Source: Antechinus flavipes
Lineage: Eukaryota
Assembly: GCF_016432865.1 (NCBI RefSeq)
Contig: NC_067400.1
Coordinates: forward strand, 295,864,001-295,928,000
Direction: 5' to 3'
DNA length: 64,000 nt
Shown here: positions 1 through 11,460 of the stretch, one piece after another
Numbering within the stretch: the first letter of the stretch is position 1
Layout: each line of letters starts with the position of its first letter
Made by a program: the position numbers and the translations under genes
The notes under the pieces: generated by a model
What the model was told of the DNA's origin: nothing
The model's database searches: none
The model's input: only the letters and a program-made list of their open reading frames with translations

Positions 1-510
1 ATTTAAATATAATTTAAGGGGAAAATGTCTGGAGAGAAATTTTGTAACACTCTGCATTCTGGAGTCTCTTTTCCTTCTTTTACATGGCACCCTGTAGTCA
101 TGAAAATAAGCAGTGAGATGTATGCCTGGGGCCTACAAGAATTCAGGATAAGCCTCATGAAAATCAGCCAGTGAGACTAACACATTTGGATAACTTTTTT
201 CCTCCTTCTGCTCTCCTTTGTTTTAGTTTTCCTGAAACTGGGGCCATATAGGGGATTGAAGTGTGTTTACTGCTCTCAACCAGATGCATATGTGTATTCT
301 CTTAGTCTAATGAGATAAGAGTGCTGCATAAGGAAGGAGATAGATATGACTAAGAGACACTGAGAAGACCCCTGCATATATGGTCAGTCAGATAGAACTA
401 TAGCAAGCCTGGTGAAGACATTGTACCTAGGTCTGGTAATGTGGAATCAGGAAAGAGGGGAAGAGAAGGAAAAGGAAAGAAATAAAGACAAAGAAAGTGA
501 CAAAGAAAAA

Positions 511-681
511 NNNNNNNNNNNNNNNNNNNNNNNNNNNNNNNNNNNNNNNNNNNNNNNNNNNNNNNNNNNNNNNNNNNNNNNNNNNNNNNNNNNNNNNNNN
601 NNNNNNNNNNNNNNNNNNNNNNNNNNNNNNNNNNNNNNNNNNNNNNNNNNNNNNNNNNNNNNNNNNNNNNNNNNNNNNNNN
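511..681. other. Assembly gap (N-run) flanked by purine-rich low-complexity sequence
   Basis: 171 consecutive N. Confidence 0.99.
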
Positions 682-2939
682 AAGAAGTGAGAAAGGGAAG
701 GAGGGAGAGAGAAGGAGAAAAGAAGGAAGAAAAATAATATAATGGAGAATCAATGAGGCAAAAATGTCCTGATTTCCACAAAAACTAAGTATATTATTAT
801 TAGCCTTTTTTTTTTTTTTTTTTGGTAACTCTTGAGCCAGAGGCAGCCCTAGTACCATGTGCCTCTTTTTCTTGGAGGAGATAGGTATCAGAATAATTCA
901 AATTTCTATCAAAAAAGTGAAAAAAAAAATCTCTGCACCCTGCAATTTAATAGAAAAATGTATCTAAAGCAAGTCCTATTAAAACAAAGGGGGGGAGAAA
1001 GCAACTATTTTTATTGTTCAAAATTGTTTATATTAATGCAAATTTACATAGGATTCAACAATGACTATTCATTCCTCAATGTCATTTAAGTATGTCATTC
1101 TTTTATATAGGCATCCTCATGGTGCAGTTCCCACAAGGGTTTTCTACCTTGCCCTTTGTTATTCTCCTTGCTGATTACAAAAGATGTTTGCTTTCAAACA
1201 TTTTTTTTAATCCCTAAAGTCTTTTATCTTGGTCCTATAAAAATTACCAGAGGAAATCAAATTCTTGCTCTTCTTTAACAAGCTAACTGGGGATTAGTGC
1301 CTCCTCCCCCAAGAAGATATAATTATCAAGCTATATATTTTCTTTTTGATAAGCTCATAGAATTAAATTCATCAATTTCCCTAAAATGTGTTATACATCC
1401 TTTCTCAATTATCCTATCCCCAAAGCCCTCCACTTTAAATTGAGTAAAAAATCAGCATAAACTAAACTGGTTAAACATGGATGATTGGACTTATCACTAT
1501 ATTAGAGCAAACTACTGAGTTATGCCTGCTCAAAAGACCAAGATCAAATGAAAACAGATGCTTATATAAGCTTAAGATATTTGTTTTTGATTTATTTTGT
1601 CTTATAATCCAAAAATAAAAAAAATATTGGCTGATATACAACCTTTAATTTGCTCAACTGCTTCAATTGTCTGTTGAATATAAACTAGCTGTTGAACAGG
1701 AAGGTATTTCTCCCTTTTGAAGTTCAATTTATAGTATGATGATAAGAATTACAGTTGGAAGGAATCTTATTAATTACCAAGTCAAACCCCTTCAATGTCC
1801 CTTAAAGTTGAGTGATTTATAAATAATGAAACTGAGTCAGAGAGGTGAAATGACTTATCCAAGATTATATATCTGAAAATTATTCTTTATTCCCAGACCC
1901 CCAGTTACATGAAAACCAATAACACTAATGGAATTTGAAGATGGGATACTTGAAACTTCACCCTAAACTTAGTGTCTTTACTATTGCCTTTTTATTTGAA
2001 TTTTTTTTCATTCTAAATTTAACAAACACCAAATAAAATGAACATTTCCACATACAAGGTGAATGAGAAAAAGAAGATTATATATATAACTGTAAATCTC
2101 TATTTAAAGCTGACTTTTCCTTTCAGGAATATAATAAATTAACATGATTTTCTAAGCCAAATATGTTTCTTTGTGTGTGTTTTTTTTTTTTTATGGCCTG
2201 TATGGTTAATTTAGATTTGGAATTCACATTCAACCGGCATAGTCTTAAAGGGGGTGGGTACAGGCGTATTATTGCCCAGAACCTTGATTTAAATAAGACA
2301 TAAGGGGAAAGGAAACTCATAGAATAAAAATAATATACAATTACTAAACACAGTGGCTGCTATAATAGTAAAGACATTGTGACAAACATACAACATACAT
2401 CATCATCACAACTTCAAGGAAGCATCAACATCTGCATTCCATAGTCACAGCTATTCAGAGAGTTGAGTGGAAGCCATTGCTAGAAAAGCTGAACAGTACT
2501 CCCTAATTGAATTCTCATAGTACTTTTCCACTAAGTGATGTTATTATCTGAGAACAAAGAAAGCACTACCCTAAGTATTATCATTTGATACATGATTCTT
2601 GAGATGGAACAACCTCCAAGGTACAGGATGCTCTATCACAAGAGGCCCACAAAGGAGAATATTTGTTCATTCCTTTAGGAGGACTCTATTTATTTAAGGT
2701 TTTCAGGGTAAACACAGGCTTGCAATAAAGGATACTCATGAATTAATGCACCAGAAAAGTAGCCTCCCTTCTTTATGCTTTCCTGGCATTCTATCAAATA
2801 ACTGCAAGCATATTCCCATATTTTCAGCAAAAAGTTATACAAAAGACATGGTTGAGACTCACTGAAGATTCCTTTCTCACCATCATTCCTTACATGGTCT
2901 TACTTCTGTGCGTTCGATTTAAAATTCTTCAATTACTCT

Positions 2940-3400
2940 CTCTGTCTATCTCCCTTTCTCTCTCTCTTGCTCCCTCTCTCTCTCTTGCTCTCTCTCTCCT
3001 ATTTATTCTTACTTATTTCTCCCCCTCATCCTTCCCCACCAAAAAAGTAAACAAAACCCTTTTGAATAAATAAACATAATTGAGCAAAAAGCATTTTTAC
3101 AAAGTCCACATCCAACAATATGTGTATCATTTTGTACTCTGAATCCATCACCTCTTTCAGAAAGTGGATGATATGCTTCATTATCCGCCCTGTCACATCA
3201 TAATTGGCCATGGCATTAGTCAATGATCTTGTTTCTTTTATTTCTTCTTTATGGTATTGTTGCTGTTGCACAAATCATTCTGGTTCTGTTTACTGCATCA
3301 TTTCATACAAGTCTTCCCACATTTCTATCACAATATTCCTTTTGTCATTTCTTATAGTAAAATCCCCTTCCATTATTTTCATATAGCACAATTTGTTTAC
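2940..3400 (-). mobile_element. (CT)n tract followed by an old LINE-1-like 3' UTR fragment
   Basis: CT-rich tract, then sequence resembling degraded marsupial L1 3' UTR in antisense; recognised from memory only. Confidence 0.4.
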
Positions 3401-3459
3401 CATTTTCAACAATAGAGTTTAGCATTACTCTTACCAGGAACTAGTGAGAATTTATGATA

Positions 3460-3620
3460 ATGAAAGAGCTCCGAATTTGGAGTCATGTGACCTGTGCTTG
3501 ATCCTGGATTGGTCACCTTCTAGATGTAATTCAACTCTTCTGGACCTAAATGTCTTCATCTATACAATGGGAGAAATTAATTGAGAAGTCTGTGAAGATC
3601 CCCTCTATATCTAGATCTTA
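3460..3620 (+). mobile_element. MIR/MIR3-like SINE fragment
   Basis: Degenerate CORE-SINE motif cttcatctatacaatggga and tail gaagatcccctctatatctagatctt. Confidence 0.5.
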
Positions 3621-3913
3621 CTATTCCAAATGACTATTTTAATAGCTAAGAAACAATTTCAAGAGGAGAGCCTTCAAAAAGATAAAACCTCTGTGTAGAA
3701 GTAGAAATAAAGGATCAAGAATCATGAAATGAAAGATTATATAGGAATGGATGGAAGGAACAGCCACACAGATGAGTTCATAATTTCACTGAAGTATTTG
3801 GGTATAGGGTAGTGATAGCTCTAAAGTACATACATACTTTCATTGCCTATCAATCAGCAATTCTATTAAATCAGCCTGAAAGACTAAACACTAGCTTTAA
3901 AGAATTCCCTCTC

Positions 3914-4384
3914 GACTGGCGAGACTTACATGAACTGATGCTAAGTGAAATGAGCAGAACCAGGAGATCATTATATACCTCAACAATGATAGTGTTTGAG
4001 GATGTATTCTGATGGAAGTGGATCTCTTCAATAAAGAGATCTAATTCAGTTTCAATTGATCAAAGATGGACAGAAGCAGCTACACCTAAAGAAAGAACAC
4101 TGGGAAATGAATATAAACTGCTTGCATTTTTGTTTTTCTTCCCAGGTTATTTATACCTTCTGAATTCAATTCTCCCTGTGCAACAAGAAAACTGTTCGGT
4201 TCTGCACACATATATTGTATCTAGGATATACTGTAACCTATTCAACATGTAAAGGACTGCTTGCCATCTCAGGGAGGGGGTGGAGGGAGGGAGGGGAAAA
4301 ATTGGAATAGAAGTGAATGCAAGGGATAATGCTGTAAAAAATTACCCTGGCATGGGTTCTATCAATAAAAAGTTATTTTAAAAA
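3914..4384 (+). mobile_element. Young 5'-truncated LINE-1 (ORF2 end + 3' UTR + A tail)
   Basis: Near-identical to copies at 17291, 27433, 37257 and 52906; G-rich 3' UTR tract, AATAAA and A tail; TSD AATTCCCTCTC at 3903-3913 and 4385-4395. Confidence 0.95.
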
Positions 4385-4849
4385 AATTCCCTCTCAAGAC
4401 TAAGCCAATCTACATCATTAATGTACAAAACCATTGATTGTTGAAGCTTAGAATGTAAGGTTGAAAGAAGAAAGTACTCGATTTTTTTTCTGGTATTTGT
4501 ATCCCCAGAATCTAGCACACCTTGTACATAGTAGATGTTTGATTGATTAATTAGTCTCACTCTTCATCTTATCTATAAGGTGCACATATATGTAAAGTGA
4601 CCTGAGAGACTTGCCTAGCATCATATAACTGGTTCAAAATAAAGCTGGGATTAGAATCTGATTTGCTTCTCATTTTGCTACAGCACACTAACTGTTAGGC
4701 CACCTTCCTTTTTTGGTTTGTTTTGAACCAGTCAATAATAGGCTGAAATAAAGGATTTGCCCAAGGTCATATAGATATTAAGTGTTAGAGTCCAAATTTT
4801 AACTCAGGAAGATCTCAAAAGAAAAGTGAGATGTGAATATTTAGAGGCA

Positions 4850-5020
4850 TTACCACTCCAAATGTAGATATGGACTATTTGTGCTCAACCTGTGGTACGG
4901 CAGAACCTTTCAAGCTCATATTAGTCTGATCAGCCACAGTCAGTTACACTGTACCTTGACCCCAATATAGTGATATAATTTTGGTCCTCTTCAAACAGAA
5001 ACAACAAAAGTCAAATGACC
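4850..5020 (+). mobile_element. RTE LINE 3'-end fragment
   Basis: gctcatattagtctgatcagccacagtc ... ttttggtcctcttc ... acaacaa; same end motif at 54520-54700 and, inverted, at 62600-62700. Confidence 0.75.
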
Positions 5021-5145
5021 AAACACCACCAATAATAGACACTCTAGAAAAATGTTCAATGCTGAAATGGATCTTTTTCAGAGACAGAAAGTGGATATTT
5101 GCAGACTTGTTTGAATGATGTATCATGAAAACTTGCAAAAAGACT

Positions 5146-5378
5146 AGATCAATGGATATCAAATTCAAAAGAAACAGGAGACCATCAAATCCTACATAAG
5201 GATTCCTATGGGCCCCATGTTGACTTAGAAAATCATATATTAACATTATGTATATAGTATTATTTATTTTGTTAGGCATTTCTTAATAAATTTTAATCTG
5301 ATTCACATTATCCTCAAGAATGTTACAGACCACAAGGTAGCCCCATACCTCATGATTACATATTTGAAATCTCTGGAT
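5146..5378. mobile_element. Non-autonomous hAT-like DNA transposon (MITE), degraded
   Basis: Degenerate inverted termini (gatatcaaattc ... tttgaaatctctg); internal sequence resembles marsupial hAT MITEs (from memory). Confidence 0.5.
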
Positions 5379-7994
5379 TAATCACCAAACTTCCTTCCAG
5401 CTCTATAATTGCTTAACTATTTGATGCAGATGTACATGATACAGAGGGTTCAGGTATTCTTTAGAAGAATTCTCACGTCTGTGTTTCATTTGAACTATCC
5501 CTCTTAAAAAATCTAATAATAACATCATCGTAGTGCCAAGCAATAGAGCCATGTTTTTGAGATTCCTCAGGCATTACAATTCTTGTCAAATTCTGGCTTC
5601 CCAAAAATTTGCCTAATAGCTAGCAACACATCATCATTTGTGTCTCCTACTCTGGTTTCTTGCCCCATTATCAAGTCGGGTCAAGATAAATTTCACAATC
5701 TGATGTTTTTATTCCCACAGCATTGAAACACTGGATCTCCCACCCATTCTGGTACCTGTCACAAATTTATAGCCTCAACAATGGGCTCACAAGTTTCTAT
5801 CCCCAAGTGTTCTCTAAACCAGCTGCTTGGAATTATTCAAATAACCAAGACCTACTTCCAAGATATATAGAATAGTGGGATGAAATTGAGGGGGAACAGG
5901 AAGAGAATGGAAAGCATTTCAGGGAGAAATTAAATTCTACTGTCCCGCCTACAAATATATATATTTAAAGGTTCCAAGTCAATTCTATCTGACATTTCCA
6001 TAAAGAAGAATTATGAAGAATATTTCTTCATAAAGCTTCAAGTCCGTTCTTAGGTAATATGAGGCTGACACAAGTAACAATATAGGGCTTTCTTCTTTTC
6101 TTGCTTCTTTGCATTTCACTATAACAGTTTGATATAGGTAAAAATTTGCTTGAAACAAATAACAGACATTATCAAAGGAGAAAAGAAAGATACCATCAAA
6201 AGACAACATTCTGTTTGGTGATGTACGTATATGGGATTTATGAGAGGGTGGGTGAGCAGAGAGTGAGCCAATTCCTGCATGGTAATCATCTTCATATGTA
6301 GGCTTCATATCTCTTTTAGCACAAGCTGACAGGCTATATCTATAGATTTCTCCCCCACCCACTGTCTCCCTGAGTCATCCCAAGTGTAGCTGGGGCTCAG
6401 AGAGAGCAACTACTTTGCTCTACCACAAGGATATTTATGTGAAGGGCATTTATTTGTAAATGAGTTGCCAAGTACTTTTACTTTTGAAATAAGTCCATAT
6501 TCCTAGAAAATTTACCTAGCTATTGGTTTAGCTATATTATCCAAATTCTTTCCCTCTTTTCTTTTCATCCATATTGCAGATGTATGGAAAAGATGTCAGA
6601 AAGGTGAGGGGGAAGATGTGAGAATGTTTTGTTCTTTGTACAAGTACTATATCCATTTTTTGCACTTAATTGATTCAGTTCAGTGAACTTGAACTTGAAT
6701 AAAACCCTGAAAGAGGATGCAATTAAGTTATTTCCCCTATGGTCCTCCAGATTTCCTGTTATGATCAACTCTGTAACTCAATGAGAGACATTCTTTGATT
6801 GCATGACAGGATTCCTGTATGTTATCAAGTATAACTGCTTTGTGTATGAACATGCCAAATATATTTAATCCACTTACCTAGATTTGTGCAGTCACTAAAG
6901 AATTTAAGTATATTTCAATTTGACCAACTAAACATATTTTATCTTATTACTCATTTTGAGATTACTTCAGATTGCCTTAACATACAACAGTCCTTGAACT
7001 TTTCAATCTGAGAATTACTTTAAGAGGACAAAAGTTCTCCATGAAGAACCCATTTCTCCTACTATCCACAAATGACAAAAGAAATCATGTCAACCCCATT
7101 GTAACAATTTCTAATAACTTAATTTTGTGTGATTCAAACTCTCTAGTGGAAAAGTATATTTTTCTGTTTATTAGCCTCCAATCACCAAACTTCTAGTCTA
7201 GTGATGACTATTCCTTGAAACTTCTATTGCATTCCTTCTAAGATTATTATATTTATATGTTTAAAGAGCAACATAATATTGTGTTGGTAAATATTCAAAA
7301 ATCAGGATAAGAAGGAAGGAATGAATGCATATACATATGATTTTTTAAATTTAATCCGCATTGTAAACCTTTTCTTAAATCTCAATAGCCAACAGAATAA
7401 TAAATAAAGCCTTGAGTTTTAGATTAATACTCTGAGATATAAATGCTCACAGTAAATATTTGATAATATATTCTTCCAAACTAGTTAAATTTGCTTAGAC
7501 CTAAGTTCTGAAACTCCTGGTGCAAAGGTTATAAAGTCAAAAATGAAACTCTTCTTGTCCTCAAAGGGATTATAATTTAGTGATAGAAAATATCTAAAAA
7601 GAAAAATAAATGATATCAAATAATTTCAAGGAATTATTATATACAAATGGGGAAAGACTTGACATTTGAAAGTTGACATTTCAGCTTAGCTTTGAAAAGA
7701 AATAGAAATAAAGACAAAAAGAGCATTCTATCTATATACAAACATATATGAAATTCCATATATAAACATTCCAAACATGAAATATTAAATATGGTGAAGA
7801 ATAAAGAGAAAATTTTGATTAGCATGTCAAAACTAGGAGTAATGGCCTTGATGAAAATTGATGACAAGTAATTATTGCTCCCTAAAATGAAAATAGAAGT
7901 CTTATCTCATGGTTCATATGCTTCTCGATTTGGTAAAAATCTGATATTTTTCATGAGTATATGGATGGTCAATATCAAAGCTTTATACTATAGG

Positions 7995-9050
7995 TATCAA
8001 AGTAACCAAAGTGACTCCATTTTGAAAACTGCTTCCATCTTGCCTCTTGTCTACCTCAGAGTCCTGACCCATTTTATGGTTTTATAAGTGTTACAACATT
8101 CAAAGCACTTACTAACAGATGTCACAATTTCTCTCCTCATCCAGGCAATTTTTTTAATTGTATGCCTTTCTAATAACCATGAGACAGCCTGGAGCCATCT
8201 GGAAAGTCCTGAAGTTCTTTACCCCAATGTTAAAAATCCTATTTCTCCCACCCAGTAATCATAGTCCCATGTGGATTTGCCTATGCACACACATACTGTG
8301 GATGGTATGCTATGCTTCTTAACAAAGCTGTTTTAATTTCCCTTCACTTTTGGTGTCAAAATTCTGGTAGCAGTAGTGGGATGGCTGAAGGCTGGGAACA
8401 GATGAAGGGATAAAGTGGCAACACTTTAGGCAGATAAGAGACTTGTGATTTCTGAAAAAGTTTATGCCTTAACTTTCAGCAGTAGGGTATTGAGGTACAA
8501 TCCCCAAGACTACAAGAGATTTGGAGGGTGAGTGTCTTTTATAGCAACCATTCCTTTGGCACTAACCAGGTTATTGCTGGGCTCTCCTCTGTCCGTAATG
8601 ATTGAAAAATATAATGAACCAGAAAAGCTTCCAATAAGCACATTTCTAAGATTATGGCATGACCTATTATGTAAGCTGGAGGCAACTGTACTTTATACAT
8701 AAGGAGAATATCTCAAAGAATTATCAAAAGAGCAACTGGAAAATTTATTTGCCAATCTGGGGATTAGTCTTTCAAGTAATTAGTCTCCTTTAGAGGAAGA
8801 CTTCCTAGTGTTGCAGGAAGTATTAAATACTTGATGAATCTTTAGTCTAAATGATATAGGAAAATTGGCAATGGATTCCATAGATATAAAATGGAAGGAT
8901 ATGGATTATTGACCAAATACTTAACAATATCTATTGTGTAAAAACCAGATTGAAAAAAAATAAATACAGCAATCCAGGAGCTGAAAAATAGGAGATAATT
9001 TAAAAGGAATACTCTCTAGGTAATATCTTGCCAGTGAAGAAGAAAGAAAA
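7995..9050 (+). mobile_element. Old ERV/LTR element: LTR, tRNA-Leu-like PBS and decayed gag-like frame
   Basis: LTR shares motifs with 13690-13975; TGGTAGCAGTAGTGGGAT (8365-8382) matches ERV-L-type PBS TGGTGTCAGAAGTGGGAT at 15/18; frame from ATG 8598 reads MIEKYNEPEKLPISTFLRLWHDLLCKLEATVLYT*GEYLKELSKEQLENLFANLG. Confidence 0.6.
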
Positions 9051-9316
9051 ACTTATAAGTATGAGCATCTATTTATTGCTTTCTACACAATGTTCTCATT
9101 TTATTCTTTCCTTTACATAATGGGGAAATCTAAACAGTCAAAGGTACCTTCTGAGACTCTTTTAAAATAGCAACATAAAAAAATAATTGGCCAATCTGGC
9201 ATGCCTCAGAAATGTAAAGTGTTAAGTGTTTTGTTTTTGTATTGTCAAGTATAATGTAAGCATTCTCTGTCTTGGTAAATCCAAACTGACTTTGATTATC
9301 CAAAAGAAAAAAGTAT

Positions 9317-10050
9317 TGTGGCTAATGAAAGACGACACAACTGAGGAAACAAAAGTTTGATCTTTTGATCATATCAATTTATTAAGAAATGCACAGCAAT
9401 TGCCAACAAAGCAGGCTTAGACCTCCTCGATTTAATCTTAGACACCAAATACAGAAGGACACAGACTATTATATAAATTAAAAGCAACTAATCAAATAAA
9501 GGCAATTACTTCAAAGGAAACAATACATTATATAATCTCATTTCTAATTGGATTAAAGATTAGGGAATTCCTAAGTGTAAGAGGTGGAGCAAACAAGTGC
9601 AATTCCATGATTTCAGAAAAAGAAATGTCTCCCCTTTCCCCATATCTCTGTACACAAAGTTACATGGAACATTTTAACTGACTGATCAGTATGAGGCCAG
9701 TTTTCAGATAAGATATACTTGTGATGTACAATTTGAGAAAACTCCTTGAATCTATCTCTGCATCTGACTAGGTTTCTAGTCAGCAAAACTTCAGTTCTTG
9801 CTTAAGTATGTCTAAGCATCAGGAAAAGATAGTCCAGTTTTAAAGTCATGCAGTGCTCAGTTCAAACAGTGGAATAAAGTTTCCTCCCAATTCCCACAAT
9901 TGAATAAAGCTTTCTCATAAGACAGAATTTGGATCAGAACCATAATTGAAAGAAAATTAAGCTAGCTCTAGGATTTAATCACAAGATGGAGTCACTGTGG
10001 TTCACTCAATTTCCAAAATTAACTACTTGCTGTTCTTGTTTCAATTCCCT
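9317..10050 (-). mobile_element. LTR (antisense)
   Basis: TG start; tttatt (poly-A signal on minus strand) near the left end; caagatggagtcac motif near the right end, also present inverted in the 7995 LTR; no TSD found. Confidence 0.6.
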
Positions 10051-10519
10051 CAATTTCTTCATTGTAAAGAGTGTTGAAAACTTTTCTGCAGAATTTTCAA
10101 AGCTTTCAAAAAAGTGATTTCTCTCTCTCTCTCTGCATATCTGCACAATGGAATTGTTTGAGGATAGCATATCAAAATTCTGTCCTTGAAGAAGTGTTAG
10201 GAGGGCATATTCTAGTCAATTTGTGAAGGATATAAAATCCTCCTGAACTCTAAAAAAGAGGACTAAGAAGATAAGCCTGTCACTTTAAATTCTGGCAGTA
10301 AACTAACTGAAAATAAGTGGATCTTTTAAATTGCTAGTACTTGTCCTTGGGAAAATTGAGATTTTTAATGTTACTATTAGAGACTGTAAATCCAGACTTG
10401 ATTCAATTGAAATTTCTCTGAAATAAATTATAATGTGGTCTCATTTAACTATGGTATGGTAAAAACACAACTTAATGCAAAGTACAATTGCTATTTGACA
10501 TGATGGTAAAAGTCTTTTT

Positions 10520-10730
10520 AAAAAAAGGAAAACCAGAGTTGACATCCAGTCTCAGTAATTGTGTGACCTTAAGCAAGTCATTTCACCTGTTTACCTCAGT
10601 TTCCTTATCTTTAAAATGAGATAATAATAGCATCTATTTCTCAATGTTGTTGTGAGGATCAAATGATAAAGTAGTTAGCTTAGCACACATGGTGTGCCTG
10701 ACACATGGTAAGCACTAAATAAGTGTTAGC
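10520..10730 (+). mobile_element. MIR SINE
   Basis: gtgtgaccttaagcaagtcatttcacc ... cctcagtttccttatctttaaaatgagataataatagc ... gttgtgaggatcaaatga. Confidence 0.85.
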
Positions 10731-11169
10731 TATTTGTTATTATATTAGGTACAATTATTCTATACTTGTCTTGAATGTAGTCAGTATAAAATACCAAAAC
10801 TTTAAAAAATCAAGTAATTTTCTATGCAAGAAAATTTGGAGATTCATTGAAATGAATACATGCTATTCAACTGTAAGTTTTCTTTCATGCTTTAAATCCA
10901 TGATATTGTCTATGTTATTATTGTGTTTCTAAATTTTTCTAATACTATGAATTTGGGAAACCATTGTCTAAGAAAGGCTGTTAAGAGGATGATGCAATTG
11001 TGTTATTTGAAAAATTAATTCCTTCAAAACTATACTAATGGAGAATTAAAACTTCCCTCTCTCAGAACTAAATAAATCCCATGAAACAATAAGTTAAGGA
11101 GGTGAACAGAATTTTAGAAAAGTTAAGTATGATAGATTTTAGAAGAAAATTGAATGGAGAAAGAAAGGA

Positions 11170-11460
11170 ATATACTTTTTTCTCAGCAATATATGACTTC
11201 TACACAAAAACTGACCATGTATTAGGGCTTAAAAATCTCGCAGTCATATGCAGAAAGGAAGAAATATTAAATGCATCTTTTTGGGATTATGATTCAACAA
11301 AAATTATAATAGAGGGCCATGGCAAAATAGACCAAAAATTTATTTGAAACTAAATTAATTGGAAACAACAAATCATAAAAACAATAATTTCATTCAAGGG
11401 AATGATAATGAGACAGCATACCAAAACTTATGGGATGCAATCAAACTAGTTTTTAAGGGA
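11170..11460 (+). mobile_element. Old LINE-1 ORF2 fragment (end of endonuclease domain)
   Basis: Translation KTDHVLGLKNLAVICRKEEILNASFWDYD (IDH...SDH-like EN motifs), then taccaaaacttatgggatgca (YQNLWDA). Confidence 0.85.

Noticed and set aside
398-858. ORFs of 81-143 aa around the first gap (also 14184-14538 and 47928-48173)
   Set aside because: Open only because they run through N-gaps and low-complexity flanks
4260-4300. G-quadruplex-like GGGAGGGGGTGGAGGGAGGGAGGGG tract
   Set aside because: Standard G-rich tract of L1 3' UTRs, present in every young copy
3812-4384. Recurrent ORFs such as MFFFPGYLYLL... and ...WRDLHELMLSEMSRTRRSL (also 27904, 52931)
   Set aside because: They are L1 ORF2 tail and 3' UTR sequence repeated in the five young L1 copies, not host genes
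5985-6362. 125-aa minus-strand ORF (MGGGEIYRYSLSACAKRDMKPTYEDDYHAG...)
   Set aside because: No recognisable domain, weak splice signals, and the C-terminal half is AT-rich noise
6872-6896. Strong minus-strand donor CTAG|GTAAGT
   Set aside because: Plausible upstream acceptors give stops in most phases or only a 17-nt frame-shifting exon
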